DNA of 64,000 nt from Eledone cirrhosa (GCA_964016885.1 OZ024742.1:44454001-44518000); one strand, 5' to 3'; positions 26,290 through 40,527 are shown, counted from the stretch's first letter. The notes: generated from the letters alone by a model not told the origin. Program-made: numbers and translations.

Positions 26290-27185
26290 ATGATGACAGA
26301 ATATGAAGACTTTGAGTTAAATGAATGCTCACTATTAACATTGAAGAATCTATGAGTAGACCTTGTCCCAACAATTCGTCTTGATGGAAGAATGGTTTCA
26401 TTGAAAAAAGTGGTATGAAAATGTTACTAAAAATAGAGAAGGCATGTGAGAAAGAGTCTATCCCAAGTGGATCCCATATAGGGACCCAGTATTGACATTA
26501 ACAGCACATAGTCAGAAGTTCAATTAAGAATTTAAAAGAGGGGAAAGCAGCTGAACTCTCAGGAATAGTCAATGAGATACTAAAAAATTAGCAAAGTAGG
26601 ACATCCTAATTACTTGCTTAATCATTCAGATAGGAGAAGGATGCATCATACCCAATGTCTACCATAATACCATTAAGAGTTACAGCCCTTTACATTCTGA
26701 GTTCAAATCCTGCCGAGGTTAGCTTTGCCTTTCATCCTTAAGGGGTTGATAAAATAAGTACCAATAATGCACTGAGGTTGATTTAATTGACCTTCCATTT
26801 CCCCCAAAGTTGTTGGCATTGTGCCTAAATCAGAAACAATTATCATTAACTCCTTCAAAGGCAAAGATGTTCTAGAAAGAAGCAACTGTAGAGGCATGAA
26901 ATTGATGTATCAAGTGATGAAAGTAGGAGAAAATGTAATAGATCAACTAAGTTAGAAGAGATTTAGTTGATATGAAATGAAGTTCAGATTCATGCCAGGA
27001 CAGAGTAACACCAATACCCTTTCCTAAAGAGACTATAGACGTTATTGACTTAGAGCAAGCCACTATACATAACATTTGCTGACATGGAGAAGGTCATAGT
27101 ACTAAAGTCTGTAATCTGGTGGTTGCTAAGAAAACTAGATGTAGATGAATGGCTTATGAGAGCCATGCAAGCTATGTACAGATAT
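26290..27185 (+). mobile_element. Highly degenerate RTE RT fragment interrupted by a family A SINE (~26675-26845)
   Basis: Recognisable ADMEK and WWLLRKLDVDEWLMRAMQAMY segments among stops; homologous to 22000-22645. Confidence 0.7.
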
Positions 27186-27873
27186 CATCTGTATCCTACA
27201 TATAAGTAATGATGATGATGGTTATTGTGTTAGAAGAGGTGATGGTGATGGTGGGGATGATGATGACACTAATAATATAAACAAAGCTAAATATGAAAAT
27301 ATGGCAATTGGTATCAATATTCTAGTTGTTTCAGTAATAAGTTACAGTTACAATATTATATGCTAAACCAAATAACAAAACAAGACAAAAAACAATTTAA
27401 TAATGATTGTGTTTAGAATACACCACACAAAATGTTACATAGATTGTGTTTGCTATGAATACAGAGAGATAGAGACCAAACTATTCTAAAATATTCACTG
27501 TAGGACCACAAAAATATATAGTAATTTCTAATAATTGAAAGCTAATCATTTCTCCTTTACCTGTAACTGGTGGAGACATAATAATGCCGTAGTGACATAT
27601 GGTGTTTCTTAGCCATTTTTAAAACCTGATGGAACCTATCTCCTTCTCAGATCTGAACACAGCTGATTTCGTCCAGAGAAGGAGATACACTGGCTTCAAA
27701 TTCTCACTAGTAAAACTACTATAAAAATTTGGATTTACAAACCCTTTTTAGATATTTCTGCTAAATCATTATAAAATGTTTAGAGTCAAGATAGTGGGAT
27801 GTAATTTAAAATACCTAAGAATCCTATGAGGTGTAACCTCATACAAGGACAGCTAAACATGCATATGCATATA

Positions 27874-29177
27874 CAGGGTGCGGACGATATTTGTTCGCAA
27901 TTTTCAACTGCTAATTTTATGCAAATTTTTTTTACTTCCGTTGTCACTCTTGTCTTCATAAAAACAGTGACTATATTTCCATTATTTATTTTCAGAATAA
28001 TTGATTATGAATAATTTTGAACCTCCAAATTTGTGGAAGAGACATGGAGTTCTTCTTGGAATCTGCACCGGGAGGACAAATAAGGAAATTTCAGACTTTC
28101 TCAGCGTCAGCAGGAGAATGGTGGAAAAGGTCAGAAAGGAATTAGAAGATTCAGGATTCAACTACGAAGCAACTTCAGAGAGGAAAACACATGATCGACG
28201 ATCTGACGCTTTCAGAACGCCCGAGTTCGTCGCTGAAGTTCAGGATATCATCAACAATGAACCTTGCAAGTCGATGCATGCCATTGCAAGGGAGAAAGGC
28301 ATGGATGAAAAGCTCATTAGGCTGGTGGTACATGAAGACATTCGCTACGTTTCATACAAGATGAGGAAAGGACAATTTCTGTCAAAGGCGATGCAAGAAA
28401 AGCGACTGAAGCACGCAAAGAAGCCGATCAACAAGTTGAAACACCCACTAGAGCCAGACATGCTGTGGTTTCTCTCCGACGAGAAAAACTTCTGCAAGAC
28501 CAGAAGATCAACTCCCAGAACAACAGGTGGCTTGCTGTCTCATCCAAAGACGTGCCCAGAGTCATGCAGACAAAGTTTCCAGCGACAACATTGGTCTTAG
28601 GTGTCGTCAGCAGTCAAGGTGACGTCATGCCACCTCACATCTTCCCTGAGGGCTTCAAGCTGAACACCGATGGCTACATCCGCATTCTGAGCGAGGTAGT
28701 AAAGCCCTGGATCGACCAGGTAGCTGCAGGTAGGCCATACGTGTGGCAGCAAGACTCAGCGCTCTGCCATACGAGCCAAAAAACCCAAGCCTGGCTGTCA
28801 GAGAACTTCATCGACCACACTCCACCTGACATCTGGCCTCCCAGCTCGCCTGACTGCAACCCCCTCGACTTCTTTGTGTGGGGCGCAGTGTAACAAGACA
28901 CCAACAGATCTAGCTGCAATACGAAAGACGATCTGAAGGCCAGGATCACAAGTGCCTTTAGGTGCCTAAGTTGGGGGACAGTGACGAAGGCCTGTAGCCG
29001 GTTCTGAGGCCGCCTTGAGGCTGTCATCAAAGCCAATGGCGGGTTTATCGAGTGAGATCGAAAGAACAAGTCATGAAGACAAACTGACCCAAGTTTGATA
29101 AATAAATCTTAAAAAATAAAACTACTGTTATTTTTTCCTAGACAGTAATCTTGCGAACAAATATCATTCGCACCCTG
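27874..29177 (+). mobile_element. Full-length Tc1/mariner-superfamily DNA transposon, DD37D (maT) type
   Basis: 27-bp TIRs CAGGGTGCG(G/A)A(C/T)GATATTTGTTCGCAA with 2 mismatches; TA target duplication; 1304 bp. Confidence 0.95.
28007..29055 (+). pseudogene. DD37D transposase, frameshift ~28495 and premature stops (28891, ~29005)
   Basis: HTH-like N-terminus; WFLSDEKNF, QQDSA and SPDCNPLD; 37 residues counted between the 2nd and 3rd Asp. Confidence 0.92.
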
Positions 29178-29185
29178 TAGGTGTG

Positions 29186-29635
29186 AACCCCAATCTTGCT
29201 CAGAATATTGACCTCCTGGAAACTGTTCAGAAACATGCTCCCAAGCAAATACCCTCCATCAGGCATCTACCATACTCTGAATGCCTTGCTTCCCTGGGCA
29301 TGGATACGTTGAAGCTCCGACATCTGGCAACTGACTTAGTAAACACCCACAAAATTATTAACCATCTTGTCAACAACAATCCTGAGTACCTCTTTGAATT
29401 CCATGTGTCTAACACATGTGGGCATGCCTACAAAGTCGGAAACATTTTTTCAAGCTCAGAGTTGCTGAAGCATGGAACAAACTACCTCCATACACACACA
29501 CGCATGCATCTCTGTGTATATCATGACTCATACACTGTTCACTTTCCTGACATTTGTATATTATTCTATGTACTATATATTCACCTTTGATGAGTTGTAG
29601 TGCTTCTGAGCACTGTACACAATAATTTCGTTATT
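29186..29635 (+). mobile_element. CR1-group LINE 3' fragment
   Basis: NPNLAQNIDLLETVQK..LPYSECLASLGMDTLKLR matches the C-terminus of ORF 51100-52290; 3' end also seen reversed at ~55470-55510 and ~15980-16015. Confidence 0.85.
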
Positions 29636-30289
29636 TTTTTAACAACAAAAGCAACAACACCAGCTGCTGCTGTTGACACAGGTTAGTTGTCAGGTGCTGT
29701 GTTAAATTGGTGGCCACTTGTGATTCATATCAATCTTATAAAATATATCATTAATATTTGCTGTTAGTCTTAATAGCTTGTTGGGTGCTATTGAAGGTTC
29801 TACTTGAACATAATGACATTATGGACTGCATGTAAGTCTGCTCTGTCTTGTGGTTGTGGCTGGTGGAGATATTGCTCTCTTACAGTGGCCCAAGGATATA
29901 TTCATTCTCAATGACTTTGTTAGAGAAGGGACAACAGTATTCATGGCCCTTTTCTGGGCCTTCTAGATTGCTGGGGTAGAAGAAAAGAAGTTTTCCTTGG
30001 ACAGGAAGCCTGGTCAAAATGCTTGCATCAGAGTGGATTCTACCTAATTTTCAGATGTGGGTGTTAAACTGGACTATTGATTATGTCTAACACCCAAGAA
30101 CAGGATTGGTCATACCAAAGGGTTTTGATACAGTTTCCATTCACCAAACTTCCCTCACAGAAGCTTTGGTCAACACAAGACTATAGTAGAAGACATGCAT
30201 TGGGATTGAACCCAAATCCTGAGATGTCATGCATTGGGATTAAACCCAAATCTATGTAGTTACAAAGCAAACTCAAAACCATACTGAAA

Positions 30290-31945
30290 TTCAGCCATAG
30301 TATTTGGCTGGTACTTATTTTACCATCTGAAGAGGGATGAAAAGAAAAAAATGAACTTAGCAGGGGGTTGAACCAAGAATGTAAAGCAACATGGCTAACT
30401 ATGGCAAGGCACTTAATAATTGTTTCTACTTTTGGCACAAGGCCAGCAATTACCCCAGTGCATTACTGGTACTTTATTTCATTGACCCCCCGTAAGGATG
30501 AAAGGCAAAGTTAACCTCGGCAGGATTTGAACTCAGAACGTATAGGGCGATAACTCTATGCTGCAAAGGATGGTGTCTGACACTCTACCGATACTGCTAA
30601 TCCACCATCCTATAGTTTCTGATTTATGTATAAGGCTAACAATTTTGTGGGGGATGAGAAAGTTGATTGCGTTAGTGTTACTTTATTTTATCAACCCCTT
30701 AATGATGAAAGGCAAAACTAACTCAGTGAGAATTTAAAGGGCCCTAACTATAAGCTGGAAAGCATGTTGTCCAACACCAGCATTAGAAAGGTCATCATAT
30801 ACTTCTCCACTCTGGAGAGTCCTTTCTACAAAGGAGATGACAAAGGAAGGTGATAAGTAGCAAGACACTCTGAGAGGACTTCTCCAACCTATGCAAACAT
30901 GTAAAAATATATATATATATACCTGTACACACTCACACACACACACATATATATACATACACACATACATATACACATACATACACACATACACGCACAC
31001 ATACACACACACACACATATATACACATACATATACTCATAGATACTCATACACACATACACACACATATATACATGTACACACATGCATACATAGATAC
31101 ATATTCTATACAGACATTTTAATAATAACAATAACATTTTCTTATATAGGAACAAGACCAGCAATTTGGGAGGAGGGGAAAGTCGATTAAATCGACCCCA
31201 GTGTGTTACTGGTACTTTATTTTATCGAGCTCGTAAGGATGAAAGGCAAAGCTAACCTCGGCAGGATTTTAACTCAGACTGTAAAGAGCTGTAATGCTAA
31301 GTCACCAATCAAAATAATAATAATAATAGTGATAATAACAATAATAGTAATAATTGTTTCTACTTTAGGCACAAGGCCAGCAATTACCCAGTACATTACT
31401 GGTACTTTATTTTATCGACCCTGTAAGGATGAAAGGCAAAGTTAACCTCGGCGGGATTTGAACTCAGATCGTAAAGGGACGTAACTCTATGCTGCAAAGC
31501 ATGTCCGACCTTCTACTGATACTGTCTATTGGCCACAAGGGTCGTACAATAATAGTAATAATAATAACAAAAAGCATAAAGCGAAAATGTTCAAATGTCA
31601 AAAATGTTCTGAAGCCTCCTTACAACATCTGCAAAATAAAAAGAAATATCTTTGATATTCTTAATTGAAATGTTAAGATATAAAGTTAAGAGGCAATTCA
31701 GGTATGTTGTCTTAAGAGGCTCATTAGCAGTGTGTATTATATAGTATTATAAAGGGTGGTGGATTGGCAGTATCGATAGAGCGTCAGGCACCATGCTTTG
31801 CAGCATGGGGTTATGACCCTTTACGTTCTGAGTTCAAATCTCGTCGAGGTTAACTTTGCCTTTCATCCTTATGGGGTCGATAAAATAAGTACCAGTAATG
31901 TACTGGGATAATTGCAGGCCTTGTGCCAAAAATAGAAACAATTAT
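30290..31945. mobile_element. Cluster of family A SINEs (minus: ~30290, 30415, 30615, 31135, 31350; plus: 31754)
   Basis: Repeated GGATGAAAGGCAAAGTTAACCTCGG...GATTTGAACTCAG. Confidence 0.85.
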
Positions 31946-31954
31946 ATAGTATTG

Positions 31955-32455
31955 TGAAGGCACATGGCTTAGTGGTTAGGGTGCTGGGCTCACAATCATG
32001 AGGTAGTGAGTTCAATTCTGGGCCCTAGCAGAATGTTATATCTTTGAGCAAGGCACTAGATTTTATATTATTCAAGTTCACTCAGCTAACACAACTGATT
32101 GGTACCTGTAATTTAAGAAGCCAGCTTTGTTAAACACATGCTCAATCTCTTTGAGAACTGCATTAACACTTTAGCATTTAAACCGGCCATATCCAGCCAG
32201 AGTTCTCTCACCTCATTCTGTTCAAACTGGCTGTAACTGGCCACTCATACTGAATTTAAGGTATTGTTCTCAAAATAAATAACATCAAAATTTTATAGAT
32301 TCGATATTATGTGAAATAAGTGTTTACTATGAAAATATAATAGTAAATATAGAGTAATGTAAATGTTAAAGGGTTAAGGGAACATGTGTCTGTGGAATGC
32401 TCAGCCACTTGCATACTAAATTCATGAACAGGCTGTCCCATCAATTGAATTAACT
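31955..32455 (+). mobile_element. Family B SINE with nested TTAA MITE (32167-32373)
   Basis: A/B boxes at 31966-32020; MITE bounded by TTAA at 32163 and 32374. Confidence 0.8.
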
Positions 32456-32654
32456 AGAGTAGTTGTCAGAAATCAGAAAATCAGGGAGGTCCAACAACAA
32501 CTTATTCAATGTATTATATAGCAAGCAATCACAGTTTGTAGTGTCTAAGTGTTGTAAATGTCACGCTGTAAAGACAATAACATATACCCCTCTATGTGTT
32601 ATTTATCTCTCTGTATAAGTGATATAACCACCAACCAGCCACTGTTAACAGATA

Positions 32655-33001
32655 TATTTCTTTATTTGCCACAAGGGCACACAAGAAAAGGGGACAAAAC
32701 AAGGACATATGCCGGGGATTTTACATACAATCGTATAAAAAAAATTTTTAACAAACAAATTCAACAATCAAAATCCCCAATAGGGGGGAAGCGTTACAAA
32801 TGGGTTGTTTTATACCCCGTAGATAGAACAACCCTCAACTACAGGAGCATGTTGTGCAAGTGCTCCTTTCTTCCTTTTGCTCTCTTCAACCTACAGGTTT
32901 ATATATAGAGAAGGCTCAATCACTCGGGCCATTTTTGCTACATTCACCCACCTTGCAGTAAATTTACTGGGGTGCAGTACCTCTCTCTCCACGCTGATTC
33001 T
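32655..33001 (-). mobile_element. L1/Tx1-like LINE 3' end
   Basis: Minus 33001-32891 reads RISVEREVLHPSKFTARWVNVAKMARVIEPSLYINL*, resembling Tx1-type ORF2 ends; followed by a UTR with AATAAA. Confidence 0.55.
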
Positions 33002-33004
33002 CCT

Positions 33005-33399
33005 AGTTGTGGTGGTTGTGGTGGTGGTGGTGGTGGTGGTGGTAGTGGTGGTAGTTGTGGTGGTTCTGGTGGTGGTGGTGGTGGTGGTAGTGTTGGTGGT
33101 TGTGGTGGTGGCAGTGGCTGTGGTGGTGGTGGTTGTGGTAGTTGTGGTGGTGGTTGTGGTTGTGGTTGTGGTAGTTGTGGTGGTGGTGGTGGTAGTTGTG
33201 GTGGTTCTGGTGGTGGAGGTGGTGGTGGTGTTGGTGGTGGTGGCGGTGGCGGTGGCTGTGGTGGTGGTTGTGGTGGTGGTGGTGGTGGTGGTGGTGATGG
33301 TGGTTGTGGTGGTTGTGGTGGTGATGGTGGCAGTTGTGGTGGTGGTGGTGGTGTTAGTACTGCTGCTGCTACTGCTGCTGCTGCTGCTACTACTACTAT

Positions 33400-33445
<46 letters not shown>
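33005..33445. repeat. (GGT)n/(CTG)n/(CTA)n compound microsatellite
   Basis: Direct reading. Confidence 0.95.
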
Positions 33446-33446
<1 letters not shown>

Positions 33447-33590
33447 AGAACTACAATATATATTTTTATAGGGTGATATAGTGAGTGAGTGAGAGAGAGA
33501 GAAAGTGAGGATAGAGAGGAGGGAAAGATAAGGAAATAGAGAGAAGAACAGGAGATGGAATTATTTTAATTGCTATTATTTGGATGAGAA

Positions 33591-33782
33591 GGGCAGTGAA
33601 TTGGCAGTATAGGTAGAGAGTCAGACACCATTCTTCCCAGCATAGTTACGTCCCTTTACGATCTGAGTTCAAATCCCACCCAGGGTTAACTTTGCCTTTC
33701 ATCCTTACGGGGTCGATAAAATAAAGTACCTGTAATGTACTGGGTAATTGCTGGCCTTGTGCCAAATGTAGAAACAATTATT
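33591..33782 (+). mobile_element. Family A SINE followed by an older degenerate copy (to ~33975)
   Basis: Same A/B boxes and core as 19481. Confidence 0.85.
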
Positions 33783-34104
33783 TGGATGAGAAGAATCGGT
33801 AGAGTGTCTGAAAAAATGCTTTAGTCTTTGTTCCACCTCATTATGTTCAAAATTCTGATTCCACTGTCAACATTTTATCCGGAGTCTAAAAAGTACCAGT
33901 CGAACACCTGGGGTAACTTTAATAGAGTTGTCTTCCCACTCAGTTGTTGGTCTTGCAAATAGATAAAAACTATTAAAAACTATTATCCTAATTATCAGCA
34001 TTCAACATCTGCCTCTCCATGCTAGCATGGGTTGGACAGGTTGTCACAAAATGGTTAGCACTCAAGTGGAGTTAATTAGCTCTTAAATGGAGTGGGGTGC
34101 TAAC

Positions 34105-34150
<46 letters not shown>

Positions 34151-34344
34151 TTGTGTGTGTATATGTGCGTGTGTGTGACCCGGGTTCAATCGGGGGTAGC
34201 CACAGTAAAGTGATGTACTCAATGTGTTGGTAAAGTGTAAACAACAAATTTAAAATAGAAATGGCTTTTACAGGACTAGAAGTGTTTCAATCGAAGTTAT
34301 CAGGAAGTTATCAGGAAAGCTTTCCTGGTGATTTCCTTTGAATC

Positions 34345-34570
34345 TACTTTTCCCTGCTTGCAAGGGTGGGACAGGTCCTATTCAGCACAATATCTCTCCA
34401 TTCATCCTGGTCCTTTGTCATCTCCTCTGTGAGCTTCAGCAATCTGATGTCAACTCTCACCACCTACGCCCATGATTTTTGTGGTCTTCCTCTACTGTGT
34501 CTTCCTTCCACTGGGATTTCTTGGCACTTCTTTACCCAGCAGTCATCCTCCATGCACATCACATGTCCAT
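34345..34570 (-). mobile_element. RTE C-terminal fragment (subfamily of 63180-63590)
   Basis: Reverse complement of 63340-63565. Confidence 0.85.
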
Positions 34571-35331
34571 ATATATATGCATATGTGTGTAAAAGGTAAG
34601 CAGAGAAACAGGGAAATGATACAGTACAATGAAGATATATATTAGTTTAACACTTAATATAGTAGGAAAAGAGTCTTCATGTTGCAGACACTAGTCCTTC
34701 ATCAGAAGATAGAAGGAGAGCTAAAAGAAGAAATAGAAAGGTAGATATGAGGAAGAAGAGGAAGAAAAGGAAAAAACAGAGATTTTTTTTTTTAGTGAAA
34801 GCATGTGTATGTTTAGTCTAATAATGTTGATACACACATACAGATGTGTGTGATGGTAGTGTACATGAACACATGAACACATGAACAGCACAACACAAAC
34901 AAGCCTAGAGATAAAACAAAACAAAACAGGGTATAAGAAGAATCAGCTGTAATGTGTATCATAGAAGATTACACTTTTACGGACATGTGATATGTATGGA
35001 TGCTGAAAGTTTGGTAAAGAAGTGCCTGGAAAGATCACGCAGTAGAGGAAAACTGAGGAAAACATGGGACATGATATACATGTGTGTGTGTGTGTATGGA
35101 GGACGGATATCAGTTGTAGTGTTGGCGAATTTCAGGAAGCATGGTAGTGCCAGCCCTGGCGAGGAGGATAAATACTTTTAAAAATACAGTTTTGTATTAT
35201 AGAAACTGGGGTTTTATATCGAAAAGGTTAACGTTCTGAATTTTTTTAGAGCAAGTATAATTACATGAGTTCTTATCCAGAATTAATCAATGAATTATAA
35301 TTTTACTATTATTTTTGTTTATTTCTTTCAG

Positions 35332-35465
35332 TTGCTTGTTGAGAGAATTAGGTGTCCACTGGTTTTATCAACCGATCACTGTAAGAGGTCTTCATATTTA
35401 GTGAGCAATTACTCAAAAGCTGCAAAATGAACAAGCTTGGAATGCATATACCGCAAAAGGATAAG
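35332..35465 (+). CDS. Candidate host-gene exon with start codon at 35427 (MNKLGMHIPQKDK, phase-0 donor)
   Basis: Strong acceptor TTTGTTTATTTCTTTCAG|, AAAATG context and donor AAG|GTAAAT in non-repetitive sequence. Product unidentified. Confidence 0.5.
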
Positions 35466-36521
35466 GTAAATATCAATTTTTTCTTTTGGATATTTCATTT
35501 GTTACATTAGATAATAGAGGCAGTAAATTGGCAGAGTCATTAACCTGTTGACTGTCACATATATTTTACACAGCTACAGTTGCTGTATAAAATATGCTGG
35601 GTTTTTTCTCAGTAAAATGACTATCTTTTTAAACAAACATTTATTAACAACAAATATCTGAATGATTAACAAATCTCACATCAATATACACGAAACCCCA
35701 TCTGGCTTTGAAGTTATGAACTGTTGGAAAAGCGTTCAAACATGTTCGGACAAGTTATCTCGTCCCTGGCAGTGGAATGTATACATGTTAGGACGAGTTA
35801 TCTCATCTACGGCACTAAAGAGGTTAAAGTGTTGGATAGAAAGCTTTGCAGTATTCACTCTGGTGCTCTACAATCCCAGTTCAAATTCTGCTGAGTCCAA
35901 TTTTACTTTTCATCCTTTCAAGGTCGATAAATAAAGTACCAGCCTAGTACTGGGTTGATTCTTCTTCTTTCTCACTTTCTTTCTATATCTGGTTGTATCC
36001 CAGTCAATCTCTCTCTCTCTCTTTTGAAAAAAAAAGAAAATATCATCTGTGATCAAATCTGGAGAGAGATAGCACTGCCATGTCTAAAATGCCAAGACAT
36101 ATCTATGATGGTGTCCCTATGACTCCATTATGAGTTATGGGGTTGGGATCAGTGAATTAGACATAATATATCTGTCATTATATGTTTGTGTCATTTAGTT
36201 GAGATTTCATGGTGAGAAACAATGATGATCAGGGGTAAACAAATGTGAGAAAATGTGTTCAAGATGAAGAAATGGTGATTGAAATGTGCTGAGTGATGTG
36301 GATAATCAAAGGTGATGAAAAGTAATGAAGGGTGATTAAAGATCCTGAAAGGCGATCTTGGTAATCTGGATGATCAAAGGCAGTGAAAGGTGATCAAAGA
36401 GGATCAAGTGATGAAAGGTGATCTGGAGTAAATGGATCTCCACTGATTATAATGATGAGTATTCAGTTGTTCAAAGTAAACTACCTACACATTGGATTAG
36501 TGAGTAAATGTCTACCCTTAA

Positions 36522-36742
36522 CCCTTTAGCATTTAAACCAGCTGTATCCAGCCAGAATTCTTTCACCTCCTTCTATTCAAACCGGCTGTAACTGGCCACA
36601 CATACTGATGTTAGGGTATTTTTTTCAAAATAAATAACATCAAAATCTCATAGCTTCGATATTATGTAAGATAATTATGTGAGATAAAGCCTTTACTGTG
36701 AAAATATAAGAGTATATATAGAGTAATGTAAATGCTAAAGGG
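36522..36742 (+). mobile_element. piggyBac-type MITE, family 1
   Basis: TTAA TSD; TIR CCCTTTAGCATTTA; copies at 32167, 39642, 55558 and 56077(-). Confidence 0.9.
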
Positions 36743-38065
36743 TTAATATAATCTCCAAATAGAATCAGTGTAACACGGAGAGGGAAAAGGCTGGATTTAA
36801 AAAAATATAAGTATAATCCATCCAACAAACTTTCACAGTTTATCTCTATTCAATTGTAATCATCAATCCAAGACTTTGGTAAAAGATATTTGCTACCATA
36901 CGGTCGATCAAAGCCTGAACTTTGTAATTACAGAGGCAACGTTTTTACCTCTCACCTATATTGTGTTCATTGATCAACAGTGATGAAAGATCAACTAAAG
37001 TCAAACATAAAACCAACAACTATTTTGATCATACATATAGCTGGAGTTGAACTTAGTTAAACAGAGCAAGATAGTAAAAGACTTAAGAGCATCACTGTTG
37101 CTGCTATTTACAGTAGTATGTGGTTCAGTTCCTCCTAAAAACCTTGCTCAGACATTTGTCTTAGAGAGGAAATTTCCAGGTGTAAACCCATGGTCTCATG
37201 ATACATCAAGACGATTATATATATATTCTGCTCTGATTATCTATTTATAATATCCAATCTGAATATTCACATTGGAAAATGATGATGATGATGAATGCTG
37301 AGGATATCAATTTGAAATAGTAGTGATAATATTTGATACTTGTGGGTACATGACAGATAAGGACTTGGCAAGTTGAAACTGTGATTCTCCCTTGAAAGTA
37401 ATTACTACAATTACTCAACCTACTAAAGAGGTAAATATAGGGTAACATAGGGTGACTTATAAACAACATAGACTTGGATAGATTGTAGCCTGTCATCAGC
37501 AAAGCTTTCTGTGTGTATGTGTTTGTGTGTGGAGAGGATACCTGAGGCAAGGACCTCACCAACATATGATGTGACATTAACTAACCTCTGACCCACTGCT
37601 TTCATGTTATCCTCTTCACTTTCTACTTCATTCATCGTACCACCATAGATATCACCTACCACTAATATGATTTATTATTATTCTCCATGAAATATCTTAT
37701 CATGCCTCACATACCCTCCGACCATCAAAAATATTTTCTCACCCTCATTATTACTCTTCCTTTTTCTTTGTCTTATTTTCTGTCTCAAAATTAATTCTTT
37801 TAGAGAATCACATAATCAAAGGGAGATAATGTTTTTAAGTTCTTGAATTAAATAAGAGATATTTTCCCCTATTAAAAAATAGAAAAAGAATATGAGAAAT
37901 TTAAAGTTTTGCTGAACATAAGACTGAGGCTATTTTTATTCTTGGTTCCTTTATTTACTTCAGCAAATTTGCTAAACAATGAACAGATGTATTCATGAAA
38001 CCTTTGCAACAAAATCTTGTAAAATGTAAGCATACTCAAATTAAACACACACACACACGTACACA

Positions 38066-38175
<110 letters not shown>

Positions 38176-38551
38176 CACATACAAAAAACTGTGATATGAG
38201 AGGCATGGCAGCATTGGAAGGAATTTGGTTACAGTCTGGGTGAATTACAAGAAAGAATTTAATTCTGATGCCCATTCAAGACTGCCAGAGACCCCTTCAC
38301 TCCTTAAGGTTCCTGAGACCTTAATGAGGCTCATAGTCAACCTGATTTTCCTGGGCCACTATCTTAAATTTGAATACAGGAAGGGATTCCATTGTCACTA
38401 ATATGAGGAATATTTCAAGGAGATAATCTCTCTGTGATGCTGTTTATACTTTCAGTAAACCCCTTGTCTTTTTGTTAAATAAATCTGGAGAGTATCTTGT
38501 GTACAAGAAGGTGTAGAATAGAACAAAGGAGAGACACAAAATAAAAACCCA

Positions 38552-38594
38552 GTCACTGAGGAGGTCACAGAATGTGTGACGAAAGAGCTTTGAC
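38552..38594 (+). ncRNA. Minimal type I hammerhead ribozyme motif
   Basis: GTCA-CTGAGGA-gGTCACA(gaatg)TGTGAC-GAAAGAGCTT^TGAC; followed by a ~190-nt tail ending in (TA)n, homologous to 6740-6985. Confidence 0.75.
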
Positions 38595-38774
38595 AATATA
38601 TAAACAATCATCTGGTTATTGAACCAACCAATTGGAAATTTATAATAAATTGAAGTGAAAACCAACAGGTGCATGTGTTTTTATTGACAGCATGACCCTC
38701 CCAAAAGTATAACAATATCTGTTTCAACACACGTTTTCAGATAAGTAATCTTGCAAAACAAATTAAAAAACGAA

Positions 38775-38809
<35 letters not shown>

Positions 38810-38811
<2 letters not shown>

Positions 38812-39100
38812 TCACCATGGTATTTGCACCTAGAAAGTTTCCCTCCAAGGCACACGTCTGGGCATGGTTGTTTGTGGCCAACAGTCAACCATGCATACCA
38901 CTATCATCCCTCCATACCACCAATGTTGTTCAAGGGATAGGCTTGGTACCAGTGACATTGCAACTTATTTCTACAGCTGGTAAACTGGAGCAATGTGAAA
39001 TAGAGTGTCAAGGACACATTGCATCACCTGGTCTGGGAATTGAACTCACACCTTTGTGATTGCAAGCCCAACACTCTAACCACTAAGCCATACACCTTCA
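38810..39100 (-). mobile_element. tRNA-derived SINE, family B
   Basis: As 14640-14968. Confidence 0.8.
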
Positions 39101-39641
39101 CCTCATATATTTACTTTAATCATGCCAAAACACAGTCACCGTACCTGCTATTAGCTGAAATGTGTGCACTCTGAACTGCTGGTTGCTGTTGCATTACTGC
39201 AACTTGGCAGATTTATTGAGTGAGCTAGACAATGGTCAGGGACCATTGACATAATATCAACGATCTTCGTTAATAATTATATATATAATGATGTGTGTGT
39301 ATGTGTTATACAAGAGTGATAATCATCTTTGCACCTTTTAGTCACACCCATTACTTGATTTGCTGTGACTGGGTGGTGGGTGTTCGTGGATGTGTTTGTG
39401 GATATGGTTGCATGTATGTCTCTGTTGACCTGTTTAGCCCCAGGTCAGCCATAACCAAGGAAATCTATAATCAAAGGCATCCCGGCGATGGCCATGTGCT
39501 CTGGTATTTTAGACACTCTGTAAAGTGTAGGAACTTATGTAAATGAGATATGGCACCTGGCCAATTTGTGAGGATAGTGGCTTCAATTGAGAGCTGACTT
39601 GGTCTGTGACTACCTGTGCAGACTAGAAATATGGACATTAA

Positions 39642-39861
39642 CCCTATTGCATTTAAACCAGCCATATCTGGCCAGAATTCTCTCACTTTTTCTGTTCAAA
39701 CCAGCCGTAACAGGCCACTCATACTGATGTTAAGGTATTGTTCTCAAAATAAATAATATCAAAATTTCATAGATTCAATATTATTTGAGATAATTATGTG
39801 AGGTAAAGCCTTTACCATGAAAATATAATATTAAATATAGAGTAATGCAAATACTTAAGGG
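39642..39861 (+). mobile_element. piggyBac-type MITE inserted in the TTAA of an RTE terminus
   Basis: GGACA-TTAA|MITE|TTAA-AG(GAT)n. Confidence 0.85.
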
Positions 39862-40329
39862 TTAAAGGATGATGATGATGATGATGATATATGGAAAGGG
39901 AGTGGACATGCCTTCAAGATGAGTTGGTTGTTATTTCTAGCAGGTGAAGGTATTGCATAGATACTCCCTTCGAGTATATGCACACACACACACACACAGA
40001 CATATATATATATATATATATTTTGAGTATATGTTGGTTGTATACCAACACCTCAGTATGCAGGCTGGAGCACTCGACGAAGTGCGCAGGTTGGTTTGGT
40101 TACTCCGGAGTAATGTAAAATAAAGTAAAATAAATAAGTCAAATGTTTAAAATTTGACTTATTTATTTTATTTTATTTTATATATATATATGTATAATAC
40201 CTTAACACTTCACACAAAGTAAAACATTTCGTTTTAATCATTTTCTAACCCAGAAAAAAGAGAGCGAGAGACAAAAAAAATGAAAAAAAAAAATGTTTTT
40301 CTTCCTCATAATCGTCTCTTTCTCCCTGT

Positions 40330-40395
<66 letters not shown>

Positions 40396-40444
40396 GTATA
40401 TATGTATATATATATGTATATATGTATATATATATGTATATATG

Positions 40445-40527
<83 letters not shown>

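Noticed and set aside
27560-27615. Minus-strand micro-exon (MAKKHHMSLRHYYVSTSY then CAG|GTAAAG)
   Set aside because: Only a donor-like site; no recognisable protein or partner exons.
36280-36430. GGTGAT(G/C)AAA ~10-bp periodic stretch as a regulatory array
   Set aside because: Degenerate minisatellite with no supporting context.
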